From Terracidiphilus sp. (GTDB lineage Bacteria > Acidobacteriota > Terriglobia > Terriglobales > Acidobacteriaceae), in the NCBI GenBank assembly GCA_049510095.1, contig JBEKZG010000001.1, forward strand, positions 1-39,653: DNA of 39,653 nt. Direction: 5' to 3'. Within the stretch, counting starts at the first letter, position 1; every line of letters begins with the position of its first letter. Both the position numbers and the translations under genes were made by a program. A model generated the notes under the pieces. It did not search any database. It had not been told where the DNA came from and saw nothing but the letters and a program-made list of their open reading frames with translations. Positions 7,669-17,938 of this stretch are shown piece after piece.

Positions 7669-8763
7669 GTGGAGACAAGCAAGCCAGAACGACTGAATGC
7701 ACTCACGGGCTTGCGATGCTTCGCAGCCATCAATATCGTTCTTTTCCATTTCTCCAATCCACAATCGTTCGGCATTCTGGCGCCGGTGGTCAACGCCGGG
7801 TATGCATCGGTGAGCTTTTTCATTTTGCTCTCCGGGTTTGTGCTGGCGTATAACTACGCGGACCGCGCGCGCGCAGGAAAACTGGACCGGGTGCGCTTCT
7901 GGAAGGCGCGGTTCACGCGGCTATACCCAATATACTTTCTCAGTTTGCTGTTGAGCGCGGGAAACCTGAACGGCGAATACGGCGCGCACACGCACACAAT
8001 GTTCTGGCTGGGTGTGGCGCTGACGCCGCTGCTTTTGCAGGGCCTGGTTCCGGAGATTGCAACCTTCCTGAACACGCCGGCTTGGACGATGTCGGCCGAA
8101 AGCTCGTACTACGCGATCTTTCCCTGGCTGGCGAACTGGAAGCGGGCGGTCAGCTTCAAGTCGCATCTGTCGAAGATGACGGGCGTCTGGCTTCTGGGCA
8201 TGGTGCCTGGGGCTCTTTACATCGCCTTTAGCCCGGATGGCATTGCGCACCCTGACCGCTGGAGCACCGGACCATGGCTGCAGGCGCTTAAATTCACACC
8301 GTATACCCACTTGGCCAGTTTTGTGTTTGGGGTGATGCTTGCCAACCTGGACCTGTTGGTGGAACGAGAGAGCCGTCTGCGGCTTTGGCTGGGTCTGGCT
8401 GGATTCGCCGGGCTCTTCGGCTTGCTGGAGCTGGGGCCGCTGGTTCCTTACGCGCTGATTCACGACGGGCTGCTGATGCCCTTTTTCGGATGCATAATTC
8501 TAGGACTGGCAGGACGGAATCCGCTGTCGTTTTTCTTCGGATTGCGTCCGCTTGTCTTTGTGGGCGAAGCGAGCTATTGCCTGTATTTGTTGCACTTCAC
8601 GCTATGGAATCTGATTCACGACGCGCATGTGCTGGAGTGGCTGCACTTGAGCCAGTTCGACCCCTGGATCAGTTACGCGATTCTGATTGGGCTCGCCCTG
8701 CTCGCGCTGCACCTGATTGAAAAGCCCGCGCAGCGGCAACTGCGAAAGTGGATGGGGGCATAG
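7669..8763 (+). CDS. Acyltransferase-3 (OafA/YrhL-like) membrane O-acyltransferase
   Basis: LNALTGLR..AA..IV.FH, VSFFILLSGFVL, F...RF.RLYP.Y, PAWTMSAE, GEASY.LYL.H and IEKP motifs; multiple TM helices. Confidence 0.93.
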   Translation: METSKPERLNALTGLRCFAAINIVLFHFSNPQSFGILAPVVNAGYASVSFFILLSGFVLAYNYADRARAGKLDRVRFWKARFTRLYPIYFLSLLLSAGNLNGEYGAHTHTMFWLGVALTPLLLQGLVPEIATFLNTPAWTMSAESSYYAIFPWLANWKRAVSFKSHLSKMTGVWLLGMVPGALYIAFSPDGIAHPDRWSTGPWLQALKFTPYTHLASFVFGVMLANLDLLVERESRLRLWLGLAGFAGLFGLLELGPLVPYALIHDGLLMPFFGCIILGLAGRNPLSFFFGLRPLVFVGEASYCLYLLHFTLWNLIHDAHVLEWLHLSQFDPWISYAILIGLALLALHLIEKPAQRQLRKWMGA

Positions 8764-8895
8764 AAACAGTGGTTAGCGATCGGTGTTTTGCGGTTAGTTG
8801 TAAGTTCTAAGTTGTCAGTTGTCAGCTTTTAGATACAGATCCTTATCGAAGGCAAACTTCATGTTCCAGCGGAGCCGGTGGAGGATATGACGGCA

Positions 8896-8923
8896 GCAAA
8901 AAGCCCAGCCGGTTGGCTGGGCT
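8896..8923 (-). terminator. Rho-independent terminator of the beta-propeller gene cluster
   Basis: AGCCCAGCC-N4-GGCTGGGCT stem followed by a T-run on the minus strand, 20 bp past the stop at 8944; possibly bidirectional. Confidence 0.75.
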
Positions 8924-8943
8924 CTTTGCGAAGAGATTGCAGG

Positions 8944-10167
8944 TTACGGCGTAACCGATTGGGTGGCGTGGTTGCCATGCGGAATGGTGGCAAGCGCGGC
9001 AGGCGCGGCGCCAGTGGGGTAAGGCGTCGAGATGGTTTGAGTCAGAGCGCCTGTGTTTGGGTTCAGCTCGAATCCGGAGACGGAATCACCGAGGTGGTTG
9101 GCGGTGTAGACGTAACGGCCGAGCGACTGATCGATCAGGATGGCCACAGGCTGCGTATCCGTGCTGTTGGTCTGACTGCCAACGGTGTTTACGGCCGCGG
9201 ATGGAGTGCCTGTGCTCAGGGCGATCGTGTACGCCGAAACGCTTGAGTCAAGCGCGTTGGAGACATAAATGTAAAGGCCGCGCGGGTCGATGGTGATGGC
9301 CGAGGGCTCATTGCCTGTCTTGAAGGGGCCGTTGACCATGAAATCCAGCACGTTGCCGTTCTGAACCGTGTAGCCGATCAGCTCGTTGGAGGCGAAGTCA
9401 GTGACATAGACAAAGCGGTTGGTGGGGTCGGAGGTGATGGCGGTGGGCTTGACGCCGGCTTTCCATGGGCTACCCGTGGCCGGGGTAAGCGCGCCTCCCG
9501 AGCCGACGGTGAAGCCGAAGACCCATCCGGGGTTAGCATTGCTGGAAACGCTGCCGCCAGGGTTGTAGGCGGATTGATCGTAGGCCGTGACAAAGACGGC
9601 ATTGCCGTTTGCCAGTACATTGACACCGGTGGGGACGATGGTGTCTGCAGCGAACCCAGGGCTCACGGTGGCGAGGGTCAGCGGGATGGTGGCAACCGGG
9701 GAGCCGATGGCGCCCGACGAGAGTGGGTATGCCGTGAGTGTGGCCGAGCTAGTACCGGAGACTACGTACAGATAGCTGCTGGCGGGACTGACCGCGATGG
9801 AGACAGGAGTAGCGGCGGTTGTGACGGTGTCTTTGTCAGTCAACACGCCGCTTCCGGAGACGGCGAAGTGAACCACCGAGTTATTTCCCTGGTTGGCGAC
9901 GTAAAGGTCTGTATAGTCGGGGGCGACAGCCATCGAAACCGGATTGACTCCTCCGGAGGGGACGTTCGCCTGTCCGGGCCGCAATGCGCCCGATCCTTCG
10001 TCCAAATCGTAAGTTTGGATCTGTCCGGCGCTGCCTGCTCCCGAACCCGAGGAACTGGCGACGAAGAGATAGTCGATGGTGACGATATTGCAGGACGTCA
10101 AGAGGGCGGCCACGACAAGGCCGATGATAGAGACCAGGAAAAGCTGGCTCAATTTGCTGAACTTCAT
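8944..10167 (-). CDS. Lactonase-family (cycloisomerase-2-like) beta-propeller lipoprotein, 407 aa
   Basis: Signal peptide with lipobox LTSC; repeated blades G..P.AI..DP...Y/FVYV.N. Confidence 0.85.
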   Translation of the reverse strand: MKFSKLSQLFLVSIIGLVVAALLTSCNIVTIDYLFVASSSGSGAGSAGQIQTYDLDEGSGALRPGQANVPSGGVNPVSMAVAPDYTDLYVANQGNNSVVHFAVSGSGVLTDKDTVTTAATPVSIAVSPASSYLYVVSGTSSATLTAYPLSSGAIGSPVATIPLTLATVSPGFAADTIVPTGVNVLANGNAVFVTAYDQSAYNPGGSVSSNANPGWVFGFTVGSGGALTPATGSPWKAGVKPTAITSDPTNRFVYVTDFASNELIGYTVQNGNVLDFMVNGPFKTGNEPSAITIDPRGLYIYVSNALDSSVSAYTIALSTGTPSAAVNTVGSQTNSTDTQPVAILIDQSLGRYVYTANHLGDSVSGFELNPNTGALTQTISTPYPTGAAPAALATIPHGNHATQSVTP

Positions 10168-10288
10168 GCGCTTCCTTCGTTGTGGGCCATCAAGCTGAAG
10201 CCCAGAGAAAACTGATTAGGTTGCCCCGTATGTATTGTAGAAGCCAGGTACGGGGTGTTTCGATTGCGTTCACGGCTGCGGAGAGTTC

Positions 10289-11662
10289 TCAATTCTGTTT
10301 GCTGCTTTGGGTTACGCCGTGCGGGATGGCAGCGACGGCGGTGGGAAAAGCATTGACGGTGTAAGGCGAATTCTGGGAATTGACAAGCGTGCCCGCGGTG
10401 CTGCTGAGTTCGAAGCCGGAGACGGTGCCGTTGATTCCGCTCCCCAGATAGTTGGCGGTAAAGAGAAAGTGGTTGGTCGAGGGATCGATACCGATGGCGA
10501 CAGGCTCCGAGCCGGCGGCATAAGTGCCGAGACTGATAAGCTGGCCGCTGCTCATGGAATAGGCCTGAACGGTTGAATCCAGCGCATTGGCCACGTAAAG
10601 GTAAGGATACTCAGGATCGGCCACGATTGCCGAGGGCTGGTTTCCGGCCGGGAACGGGCTGCCGCCGACTTCGGTCAAGAGGCCAGTTGAGCCGACAGAA
10701 TACCCAAGAACGGCGCCATTCGCGGCGTTGGTGACGTAGACGTAGCTGGTGCTGTTGGCAGTGGCACTGGCGATCGCAGAAGGACAGGTTCCTAACACAT
10801 AGGGGGCGTTGAGGAAGGCGTTTGTGCAGGTCCCCGTGGCGAAGGGACCGCCAGCCAGGGGCGCGCCGCTGTTGAGCGGGCAGAGTGTACCCGCCGGAAA
10901 CTGGTTTACCGGAATTGGGCCGCTTGCTGGGCAGGGTCCGCCGGTCAGTGTAGAAGAGGTGGTCGGAGGGGCAACCGAGAAGCCAAATAGGTAGTTGGCG
11001 CTCGAAGTCGCGTCGTAAGCGGCCACGTACAGGAAAGCACCGGAGGCGAGAACATTGATTCCGGTGGGTTCAATGACGTCGTTCGGCTTGCCGGGCAGAC
11101 TCAATGGCCAGTAGGTCAAGCTTCCATTGGGCACCGGATTCGACCCGATCGAATCGCTCGGAGGCGTGCTGGATGAGGAAGTGATGGGATACACAGCGAT
11201 AGAGCCTGAGCACGGGGCCGCGGTGGAGCAGATGGGCAGCGGCTGGTAGGTATCCACGACGAAAAGGTTCTTTCCATTTACCGCCACGGCGACCGGGTAG
11301 ATTCCCGGCGTGTTGGTGGTGTTCTGCGGATAGAGCTTGCCGTCGTTGCCGATGATGAACTGGACGATGGAATTGTCATCCTGATTGACCACATAAAGGT
11401 TTGTATTGTCAGAGGAGACGGCTTCGGCAACCGGGTTGCGCCCGCCGGAGGGAAACGGCGAGGTGGGAATGTGGCGCATAGCCCCGGATTCGGAGTTGAT
11501 TTCGAGGACATCCATCTCGCCGTAGTTGTTGGTTCCGGCAGCCTTGGAACTGGCCACAAAGACAAAATCCACGGTGAGCGTGCCACAGGCGGTCACAAGT
11601 CCAGCTACCAGGAGACTGGCCGCGGAGACCAGCAGCAGCTGGCTCGATTTGTTGAACTTCAT
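10289..11662 (-). CDS. Lactonase-family beta-propeller lipoprotein, 457 aa
   Basis: MKFNK start, lipobox VTAC, blade repeats (GGRNPVAEAV, GNQPSAIVADP..YLYVAN). Confidence 0.85.
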   Translation of the reverse strand: MKFNKSSQLLLVSAASLLVAGLVTACGTLTVDFVFVASSKAAGTNNYGEMDVLEINSESGAMRHIPTSPFPSGGRNPVAEAVSSDNTNLYVVNQDDNSIVQFIIGNDGKLYPQNTTNTPGIYPVAVAVNGKNLFVVDTYQPLPICSTAAPCSGSIAVYPITSSSSTPPSDSIGSNPVPNGSLTYWPLSLPGKPNDVIEPTGINVLASGAFLYVAAYDATSSANYLFGFSVAPPTTSSTLTGGPCPASGPIPVNQFPAGTLCPLNSGAPLAGGPFATGTCTNAFLNAPYVLGTCPSAIASATANSTSYVYVTNAANGAVLGYSVGSTGLLTEVGGSPFPAGNQPSAIVADPEYPYLYVANALDSTVQAYSMSSGQLISLGTYAAGSEPVAIGIDPSTNHFLFTANYLGSGINGTVSGFELSSTAGTLVNSQNSPYTVNAFPTAVAAIPHGVTQSSKQN

Positions 11663-11860
11663 GCGCATCTTTCGTCAGCGGGCCGGAACTCTGGGCCCGA
11701 ATATCAGGTTTGGAATCGAATCCCAAGGCGTGGATGAATGAAGCCGCGCCCGGCATTCGGCTGCGTTCTTAGAGAATCCGGTTTCGTCAGAAACCTGAAG
11801 CGGGAGCCAGCCAGCCGGCCGGCGCCCGCTCCACATTTACAAAGAGCTATCGCCGACTGT

Positions 11861-13270
11861 TTATCCGGTACGTCCATCCATCAGGCACCATGTAGCCGGG
11901 CCCTCGAGCGAATAGGTTGTAGTCACACGCAAATTGTTGAGCACGCCCGAGTTCGGGTCAACCACCCGGCCGTTCACAGCGGAATCGTTGAAGTCGGCCG
12001 AATAAATGAACTGGTCGGAGGGATCTTCGACCAGGCACTGTGGGCCCGCACCGGAGCCGAACGGTTCACCGGCGATGAAACTGAGCTGGTAAGCGGGGGC
12101 GGTAGTCAGGAAGTAACCGGCGATTCCGCTCTGTGCATTAGCCCCCTGAGCATTATTTCCCTGGTTGGCCACATAGATGAACTTGCCCTTGGACTCAACG
12201 AGCAGGTAGATCGGATTGGCGAGGGTCGGGTCGTCAGGGACGACCCCGCCGGGCTCAGCCTGCAATGCCCCGTTGGTTCCCACGGTGTACGGCAGGATCT
12301 GGCTGGCCGCGGTGGTTGGGATGCCGTCCGAGTTGTTGTAAGTGAAGGGCTGATTGTCGAGAACGTAAATGGTGCCGGAACCGGCCACGATGGCCGTGGC
12401 CGAGGGCACGCCGCTGGGGCTGCCGTCGTTGAGGACCTGGGAGCTGTTCTGGTTGATCGTCAACTGACCGCTGCCGCCATTCAGGGTATAGGGGAATACC
12501 GTATTGCCTCCCGTATACGGATAGCTGGCTGGCTGGTTGGTTGCGCTCAAGGTGAGGAAGTACCCGCCATTCTCCACGAAATCGACGGGGCGGGCCGGGA
12601 CGGGGAAGTAGGCCAGCGCCGCGCCATTTGCCGCGGTTACCTGGGCATTCACAATGAGCTGAAGGCGGCCGGTCGTCGAGTTGATGGAGAAGGCGGTAAT
12701 GTCGCCGCAGCTAGTGACATTGGAACCAAGCGCCAGAGCGCAGCCCTGGCCCGGATTGGCCGGTGTCGCCGGGTTCTTGCCGTCAGCGCCGATGGCGTCG
12801 TGATCGAGCACGTAAAGGTAATTACCTGAGGGATCGGCGATGAGGCGGAAAGGGTTGAGGCCCTGCGTGTAAAAGATCTCCTGCTGGGTAAGGATACCGT
12901 TGCCGCCCACAGCGAACTGGGTGATGTTGGAACCCCCGCAGGGGTCCGCGGTGGTGCAGTCACCGTTGCCCGCGGCATTTACGCCCCGGTTTAGAACATA
13001 AAGGAAGCGGCTGCCGGTGAGCAGTACGGCGCGAACCGGATTTGCGCCGCCGGAAGAGATGGGCAGTCCGTCGACTGTAATGAGCTTGCCGGTATTGTGG
13101 TCGATCTTGAATCCGCTGATGATTCCGTTGCCACCGGACTGGGCCGTAACCGTACCCGTCACATACAAAAAGCCGACTGTATAATCCTCAACGCAAGACG
13201 TAACGCTGAGGACGATGCCAGCAGAAATGGCGCTCAGCAGGAGGGCCTTGCCGAATTTCGTAAACTTCAT
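11861..13270 (-). CDS. Lactonase-family beta-propeller lipoprotein, 469 aa
   Basis: AAGGA RBS, MKFTK start, lipobox VTSC, blade repeats (GGANPVRAV, NPFRLIADP.GNYLYV, GPQCLVEDP). Confidence 0.85.
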   Translation of the reverse strand: MKFTKFGKALLLSAISAGIVLSVTSCVEDYTVGFLYVTGTVTAQSGGNGIISGFKIDHNTGKLITVDGLPISSGGANPVRAVLLTGSRFLYVLNRGVNAAGNGDCTTADPCGGSNITQFAVGGNGILTQQEIFYTQGLNPFRLIADPSGNYLYVLDHDAIGADGKNPATPANPGQGCALALGSNVTSCGDITAFSINSTTGRLQLIVNAQVTAANGAALAYFPVPARPVDFVENGGYFLTLSATNQPASYPYTGGNTVFPYTLNGGSGQLTINQNSSQVLNDGSPSGVPSATAIVAGSGTIYVLDNQPFTYNNSDGIPTTAASQILPYTVGTNGALQAEPGGVVPDDPTLANPIYLLVESKGKFIYVANQGNNAQGANAQSGIAGYFLTTAPAYQLSFIAGEPFGSGAGPQCLVEDPSDQFIYSADFNDSAVNGRVVDPNSGVLNNLRVTTTYSLEGPATWCLMDGRTG

Positions 13271-13353
13271 GCGATTCCTTTATCCTGGTCAGGCGTGCGC
13301 CGCCAAGTTTGCTAGTTCCACAGCACAGCTGGGTTGGGACGGGTCCCTGCTGC

Positions 13354-13383
13354 ATTGTAAAAGCCAAGGGTAGGTTGTGCCTA
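13354..13383 (-). promoter_or_regulatory. Possible sigma70-type promoter for the beta-propeller cluster
   Basis: Minus strand TAGGCA-N18-TACAAT about 85 bp upstream of the ATG; weak -35. Confidence 0.3.
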
Positions 13384-13545
13384 GTTTCGGATGCATACAG
13401 ACGAAAACAACTTGCTTTTCGCGGCCGTTCCACCAGGGCACGTCCGAATCAGGCAATTGACTTCATGCGTTCCGAATTTCGGGCGCGGTTGCAGCTTGGA
13501 CGATGGCATGGCGGGAAAGGTCAACGGGCGGAACATTGCTCGACA

Positions 13546-13587
13546 GCTGTCCGCGGCTGTCCGCAGTTGAACTGTGCCGCGGACAGC
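13546..13587 (-). terminator. 12-bp inverted repeat downstream of the M13 peptidase
   Basis: GCTGTCCGCGGC / GCCGCGGACAGC, 22 bp after the stop codon; no clear U-tract. Confidence 0.45.
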
Positions 13588-13609
13588 GATGCGACGACCG
13601 AGCGCCGGA

Positions 13610-15691
13610 TTACCAGACGCGGCAGGAATTGACTGGATACATCGGCTGGCCCTTGGTGCAACCGAAGGCCTTGCCGAACTCGTCGAAATTCTGCACGGTT
13701 CCATTCACGCGCCATCTGCCCGGCGAGTGGGGATCGGTTAGGGCCGACTGGCGAGCGGATTGCTCGGTCTGGTTCTGGCACCACACCTGGGCGAAGCCGA
13801 GGAAATAGCGCTGCGCTTCGGTATAGCCATCGATTTTGTCGTTGATTGATTTGCCTTCCGCGGCCAGCGTGTCAAGCAACGCCAGATAGGCAATGCGCAG
13901 GCCGCCGTTATCGGCGGTGTTTTCTCCCAGGGTGAGCTTTCCGTTGAGCTTTTGTTCAGGCTGATTGTCGTGAGCGGGCGCTGCCTCAAAGCCTCCGTAC
14001 TCCTTGACTTCGCAGTCGGTTCGTTCGGTGAATGCTTTGCGATCTTCGGTAGTCTGCCACTCGCGCAGATTGCCCTTGCCGTCGTACTTGGAGCCCTGGT
14101 CGTCGAAGCCGTGCGTCATCTCGTGTCCGATGACCACACCTATGCCGCCGAAGTTTACTGCCGGGTCGATGGTGAAGTCGAAGAAGGGAGGTTGCAGGAT
14201 GCCGGCGGGAAAGTTGATGTCATTCATCGATGGATCGTAGTAAGCATTAACCGTTGGCGGCGTCATGCCCCATTCCTTCTCGTCGACAGGCTTGCCGAGG
14301 TGTCCAAGGTCCCAGTTGCGCTCGAAGACCGCGGTACGGTGCAGGTTGCCGATGAGGTCGTCGCGCTTTACCTTGAGGGCCGAGTAATCGCGCCACTTTT
14401 CCGGATAGCCGATCTTGTTGCGGATCATGGCAAGCTTCTCTTCGGCTGCCTTCTTTGTGGCGTCGCTCATCCAGGGCAGGGTCTTGATATCGTCGCCGAG
14501 GGATTTCTCCAGCGCTGCCACCAGCTTGTCCATGCTCTCCTTGGCCGCGGGCGGGAAGTTCTTCTTGACCCAATTCTGGCCAACGGCTTCTCCCAACGCG
14601 CCGTCGGTCATTGAAGAGCATTGCTTCCATCGGGGGGTCGGCTCCTTTTGGCCTTGCAGCGTCTTCCCAAAAAAGGCGAAATTCTCATCGAAGTAGGCCT
14701 TCGGGAGGTTGCTGGCATAGGCGTGGATTGTGTGCCAGCGGAAATAGGATTTCCAGGCGTCGACCGGTTCTTTGGCGATCAGGTCGTTCAGGCCCTTGAA
14801 GAAGTCGGGCGTGGACACGTTGAGGGAATCGAACGCTCCGATTTTGATGTCTTTGAAGTAGATATTGAAGTCGAAGCCGGGAGCCAGTTTCTGGAAGTCT
14901 GCCAGGGTGTAAATGTGGTAGTGCTTCTCAGGATCGCGCAATACGGTTCGGTCAGTAGACGCGGTCGCCAGCGCGGTTTCGATTTCCATGACGGCAGCGG
15001 CTTCTCTGGCTGCGGCTTCAGGCGTGTCGCCTGCCAGAGTGAACATTTTGGTCAAGTGCGCGAGGTACTGCTTGCGGATCTCGATGAAGCGCGGGGTGTC
15101 CTTGATGTAGTAATCGCGATCGGGGAGCGAAAGACCGCCCTGGCTGATTTGGGCGATCTGCTTTGAGGAATCCTTCTCGTCTTGCCCGACGCCGAAGCGG
15201 AACAGAGGCGCGGCACTGCCTTCTTCGGCCAACTCGCCGATGAGTGAAGCAAGATGTTGCGGATCCTTCAGATCGGCGATGCGCTTGAGGGCCGGCTCGA
15301 GGGGTTCAAGTCCTTTCTTCTCGATCAGGTCGGTGTTCATGCAGGCGGCAAAGTAGTCGCCGAATTGCTTTTCGAGCGGAGACTTGGGATCCTTGGCGGC
15401 GGCGGCGAGTTCCTGCCAGAGCAGGTAGCGGTTGCGCTCGCCCAACAGCGAAAACGAGCGCGCCCAGCGCACCTGGTCGGAGGGAATGGGGTTGTTTTTG
15501 ACCCAGTTGCCGCAGGCGTATTGATAGAAATCCGTGCACGGGTCGGCGGTTTTGTCGATTGCGGTAAGGTCGAAGCTCTTACTGGCTGGAGGGGGCGTAG
15601 GAACGGATGCGTCGGTCTGCGCAAAGATGGGCGACGCAGCCACGGCGGTCGCGGCTGTCAGAATTACAAAGGCAAAGCGAGTACAGTTCAT
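13610..15691 (-). CDS. Secreted M13-family (neprilysin/PepO-like) zinc metallopeptidase, 693 aa
   Basis: DPCTDFYQYACG, LPDRDYY, VNAYY, FPAGILQPPFF, GHEMTHGFDD, GENTADNGG and DPHSP motifs; signal peptide after ATG 15691. Confidence 0.96.
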   Translation of the reverse strand: MNCTRFAFVILTAATAVAASPIFAQTDASVPTPPPASKSFDLTAIDKTADPCTDFYQYACGNWVKNNPIPSDQVRWARSFSLLGERNRYLLWQELAAAAKDPKSPLEKQFGDYFAACMNTDLIEKKGLEPLEPALKRIADLKDPQHLASLIGELAEEGSAAPLFRFGVGQDEKDSSKQIAQISQGGLSLPDRDYYIKDTPRFIEIRKQYLAHLTKMFTLAGDTPEAAAREAAAVMEIETALATASTDRTVLRDPEKHYHIYTLADFQKLAPGFDFNIYFKDIKIGAFDSLNVSTPDFFKGLNDLIAKEPVDAWKSYFRWHTIHAYASNLPKAYFDENFAFFGKTLQGQKEPTPRWKQCSSMTDGALGEAVGQNWVKKNFPPAAKESMDKLVAALEKSLGDDIKTLPWMSDATKKAAEEKLAMIRNKIGYPEKWRDYSALKVKRDDLIGNLHRTAVFERNWDLGHLGKPVDEKEWGMTPPTVNAYYDPSMNDINFPAGILQPPFFDFTIDPAVNFGGIGVVIGHEMTHGFDDQGSKYDGKGNLREWQTTEDRKAFTERTDCEVKEYGGFEAAPAHDNQPEQKLNGKLTLGENTADNGGLRIAYLALLDTLAAEGKSINDKIDGYTEAQRYFLGFAQVWCQNQTEQSARQSALTDPHSPGRWRVNGTVQNFDEFGKAFGCTKGQPMYPVNSCRVW

Positions 15692-16120
15692 CGGGAGTCC
15701 TTTTTCGAATAGTACCGACCGGCCGTTTCGTATCTTGCTTAGAACGTGGGTGGAGGCGGGCCAGGATTGATCTTCAAGCGGCTGATTCGTTCGCGGCCGC
15801 GTTGCATAGGAGCCTATCACGCCGGGTTTCTGAGACGGCGGCCGGAGGGAGTTCACTCAGGCCAATCGCATGAAGAAGCTTGCCGGCAGAACTGTTCCCA
15901 CGAAGTGAAAATAGGCTCTTGTGCAGGCACAGTCAATCCCGGAAGATGCCCCAGTCTTTCGCCGGAGTTTGCAGGTTAATTCGCGGAAACGCGCACAATC
16001 GATTCATGCCCATCAAAACACTTGAAATCGCTCAATCCCTTCAACCCGCCCAGGATGTCCCCGGTCCGTACCGCCAAAAACAGGTACCCCACCCCCCCCT
16101 CTTTTTTCACCAAATACATG

Positions 16121-16220
16121 AAAGTAAACAGGTTACGTAAAATGGAAGATTGCAAACAACAGAAAATAAACAACTTAAAAATACAAGCAAAAATTACACC
16201 ATGCCAAAACAAAGGACTTA
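16121..16220. repeat. Three degenerate 15-bp direct repeats at 42-43 bp spacing in an AT-rich tract
   Basis: AAAGTAAACAGGTTA (16121), AAAATAAACAACTTA (16163), AAAACAAAGGACTTA (16206). Confidence 0.65.
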
Positions 16221-16345
16221 CGATGAGCACTCCGTCGAGTATCTCCGGTTTTGAGCGCAAAACAGCAGTTTTTGAGCACTACGAGTAACGATTGAGGCCG
16301 CATGAGTATCTTTACAGTGCGCCGTTGCCCCTGCCACACTGGGGA

Positions 16346-17896
16346 GTGGACACCCAGACAATTGTTATTCTCGATTTTGGCTCGCAGTATACGCAGCTGA
16401 TTGCACGGCGCATCCGCGAATTGAATGTCTTTTCAGTCGTGTTGCCATGCACGGCGCCTCTCACTGAAATCAAAGCGCTTAAGCCGCTCGGCGTGATTTT
16501 GTCGGGCGGGCCGTCGTCGGTTTATGACGCGGACGCGCCGGACGCCGACGCCAGTGTGCTGGAGTTGGGCGTGCCGTTGCTGGGTATCTGCTATGGGCTG
16601 CACTTCATCGTGCATCATTTGGGCGGGAAGGTGAAAGCGGCGCCGCTGCGCGAGTATGGACACGCCGAGGTGACGATCGAGGACGGCGCAACCCCTTTGT
16701 TTGCAGGACTTCCGGAGACGATGCAGGCTTGGATGAGCCACGGGGACGAGGCCGAGGAACTGCCTGCGGGATTTCGGCGGACTGCGGTCACATCGAATGC
16801 GCTGGCGGGGATTGCGGATGAGGAGCGCCGCATTTGGGCGGTGCAGTTCCATCCCGAGGTGCACCACACGCCGCTTGGCCCGCAGCTGATTAAGAACTTT
16901 GTTTTCAGCATTTGCGGGGCGACGGGTGACTGGACGCCGGCGCATTTCATCCAAAGCACGGTGGCTGGGATTCGCGAGAAGGTGGGCAAAGGGCATGTTA
17001 TCTGCGGGTTATCGGGAGGGGTGGACTCCTCAGTGGCGGCGGTGCTGGTGCACAAGGCCATTGGGAACCAGTTGACTTGCGTGTTTGTGAACAATGGGGT
17101 GCTGCGCAAGAACGAGTTCCTCAATGTACAGAAGAACTTACGGGACAAGCTGGGGCTGAACATTGTCGCAGTGGACGCCAGCGAGCGGTTTCTGTTGAAA
17201 CTGGCTGGTGTGACCGATCCGGAGTTGAAAAGAAAGAGGATAGGGGCGGAATTTATTGCTGTGTTTGACGACGAGGCCAAGCGCATCGCGATGGAGACTG
17301 GTGGGGTGGAATGGCTGGTGCAGGGAACGCTGTATCCCGATGTGATTGAATCGAGTAGCGTTAAGGGGCCTAGCCAGACGATCAAGAGCCATCACAATGT
17401 GGGCGGGCTGCCGCTGGGAATGAAGTTGAAACTGATTGAGCCGCTGCGGGACCTTTTCAAGGACGAGGTGCGGCGGATCGGGCGCGACCTGGGCATGCCG
17501 GAAGACGTTCTTGGACGGCAGCCGTTTCCAGGGCCGGGGCTGGCGGTACGGATCCTGGGCGAGGTGACGCCGGAGCGCGTGGCGCTGCTGCAAGATGCCG
17601 ATGAGATTGTGGTTGCGGAGATCAAGGCGGCGGGGTTGTACTCGAAAATCTGGCAGAGTTTTGCGGTGCTGCTGCCGGTGATGAGCGTGGGCGTGATGGG
17701 CGACCAGCGGACTTACGCGTACACCTGCGCGGTGCGGGCGGTGCATTCCGAGGATGGGATGACGGCGGACTGGACGCCCCTGCCTTATGAAGTACTTAAG
17801 CGGATTTCGAGCCGGATTGTGAACGAGGTGCGGGGGATCAACCGGGTGGTCTACGACATAACTTCGAAGCCGCCGGGGACGATTGAGTGGGAGTAG
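16346..17896 (+). CDS. guaA: GMP synthase (glutamine-hydrolysing), about 516 aa
   Basis: [50 protein letters not shown] and terminal [12 protein letters not shown] start at 16346 inferred. Confidence 0.98.
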   Translation: MDTQTIVILDFGSQYTQLIARRIRELNVFSVVLPCTAPLTEIKALKPLGVILSGGPSSVYDADAPDADASVLELGVPLLGICYGLHFIVHHLGGKVKAAPLREYGHAEVTIEDGATPLFAGLPETMQAWMSHGDEAEELPAGFRRTAVTSNALAGIADEERRIWAVQFHPEVHHTPLGPQLIKNFVFSICGATGDWTPAHFIQSTVAGIREKVGKGHVICGLSGGVDSSVAAVLVHKAIGNQLTCVFVNNGVLRKNEFLNVQKNLRDKLGLNIVAVDASERFLLKLAGVTDPELKRKRIGAEFIAVFDDEAKRIAMETGGVEWLVQGTLYPDVIESSSVKGPSQTIKSHHNVGGLPLGMKLKLIEPLRDLFKDEVRRIGRDLGMPEDVLGRQPFPGPGLAVRILGEVTPERVALLQDADEIVVAEIKAAGLYSKIWQSFAVLLPVMSVGVMGDQRTYAYTCAVRAVHSEDGMTADWTPLPYEVLKRISSRIVNEVRGINRVVYDITSKPPGTIEWE

Positions 17897-17908
17897 GACT
17901 GGCTGGAA

Positions 17909-17938
17909 GGGGTTGACTTGCGAACCAACCCCATGTTT
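17909..17938 (+). terminator. Possible terminator after guaA
   Basis: GGGGTTG-N10-CAACCCC followed by ATGTTT. Confidence 0.4.

Noticed and set aside
11738-12829. 363-aa plus-strand ORF
   Set aside because: Antisense shadow of the beta-propeller lipoprotein gene; no motifs, typical of high-GC codon bias.
13610-15691. M13 peptidase as the leader peptidase of the candidate RiPP
   Set aside because: About 8 kb away with unrelated genes in between; nothing in the sequence links them.
16121-16220. CRISPR array interpretation of the spaced repeats
   Set aside because: Repeats are 15 bp, degenerate and only three, with no cas genes in the window.
15976-16288. Short ORFs on both strands of the AT-rich tract, and a possible purine riboswitch before guaA
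   Set aside because: The ORFs simply reflect A- or T-rich composition with no RBS; purine riboswitch core motifs were not found.
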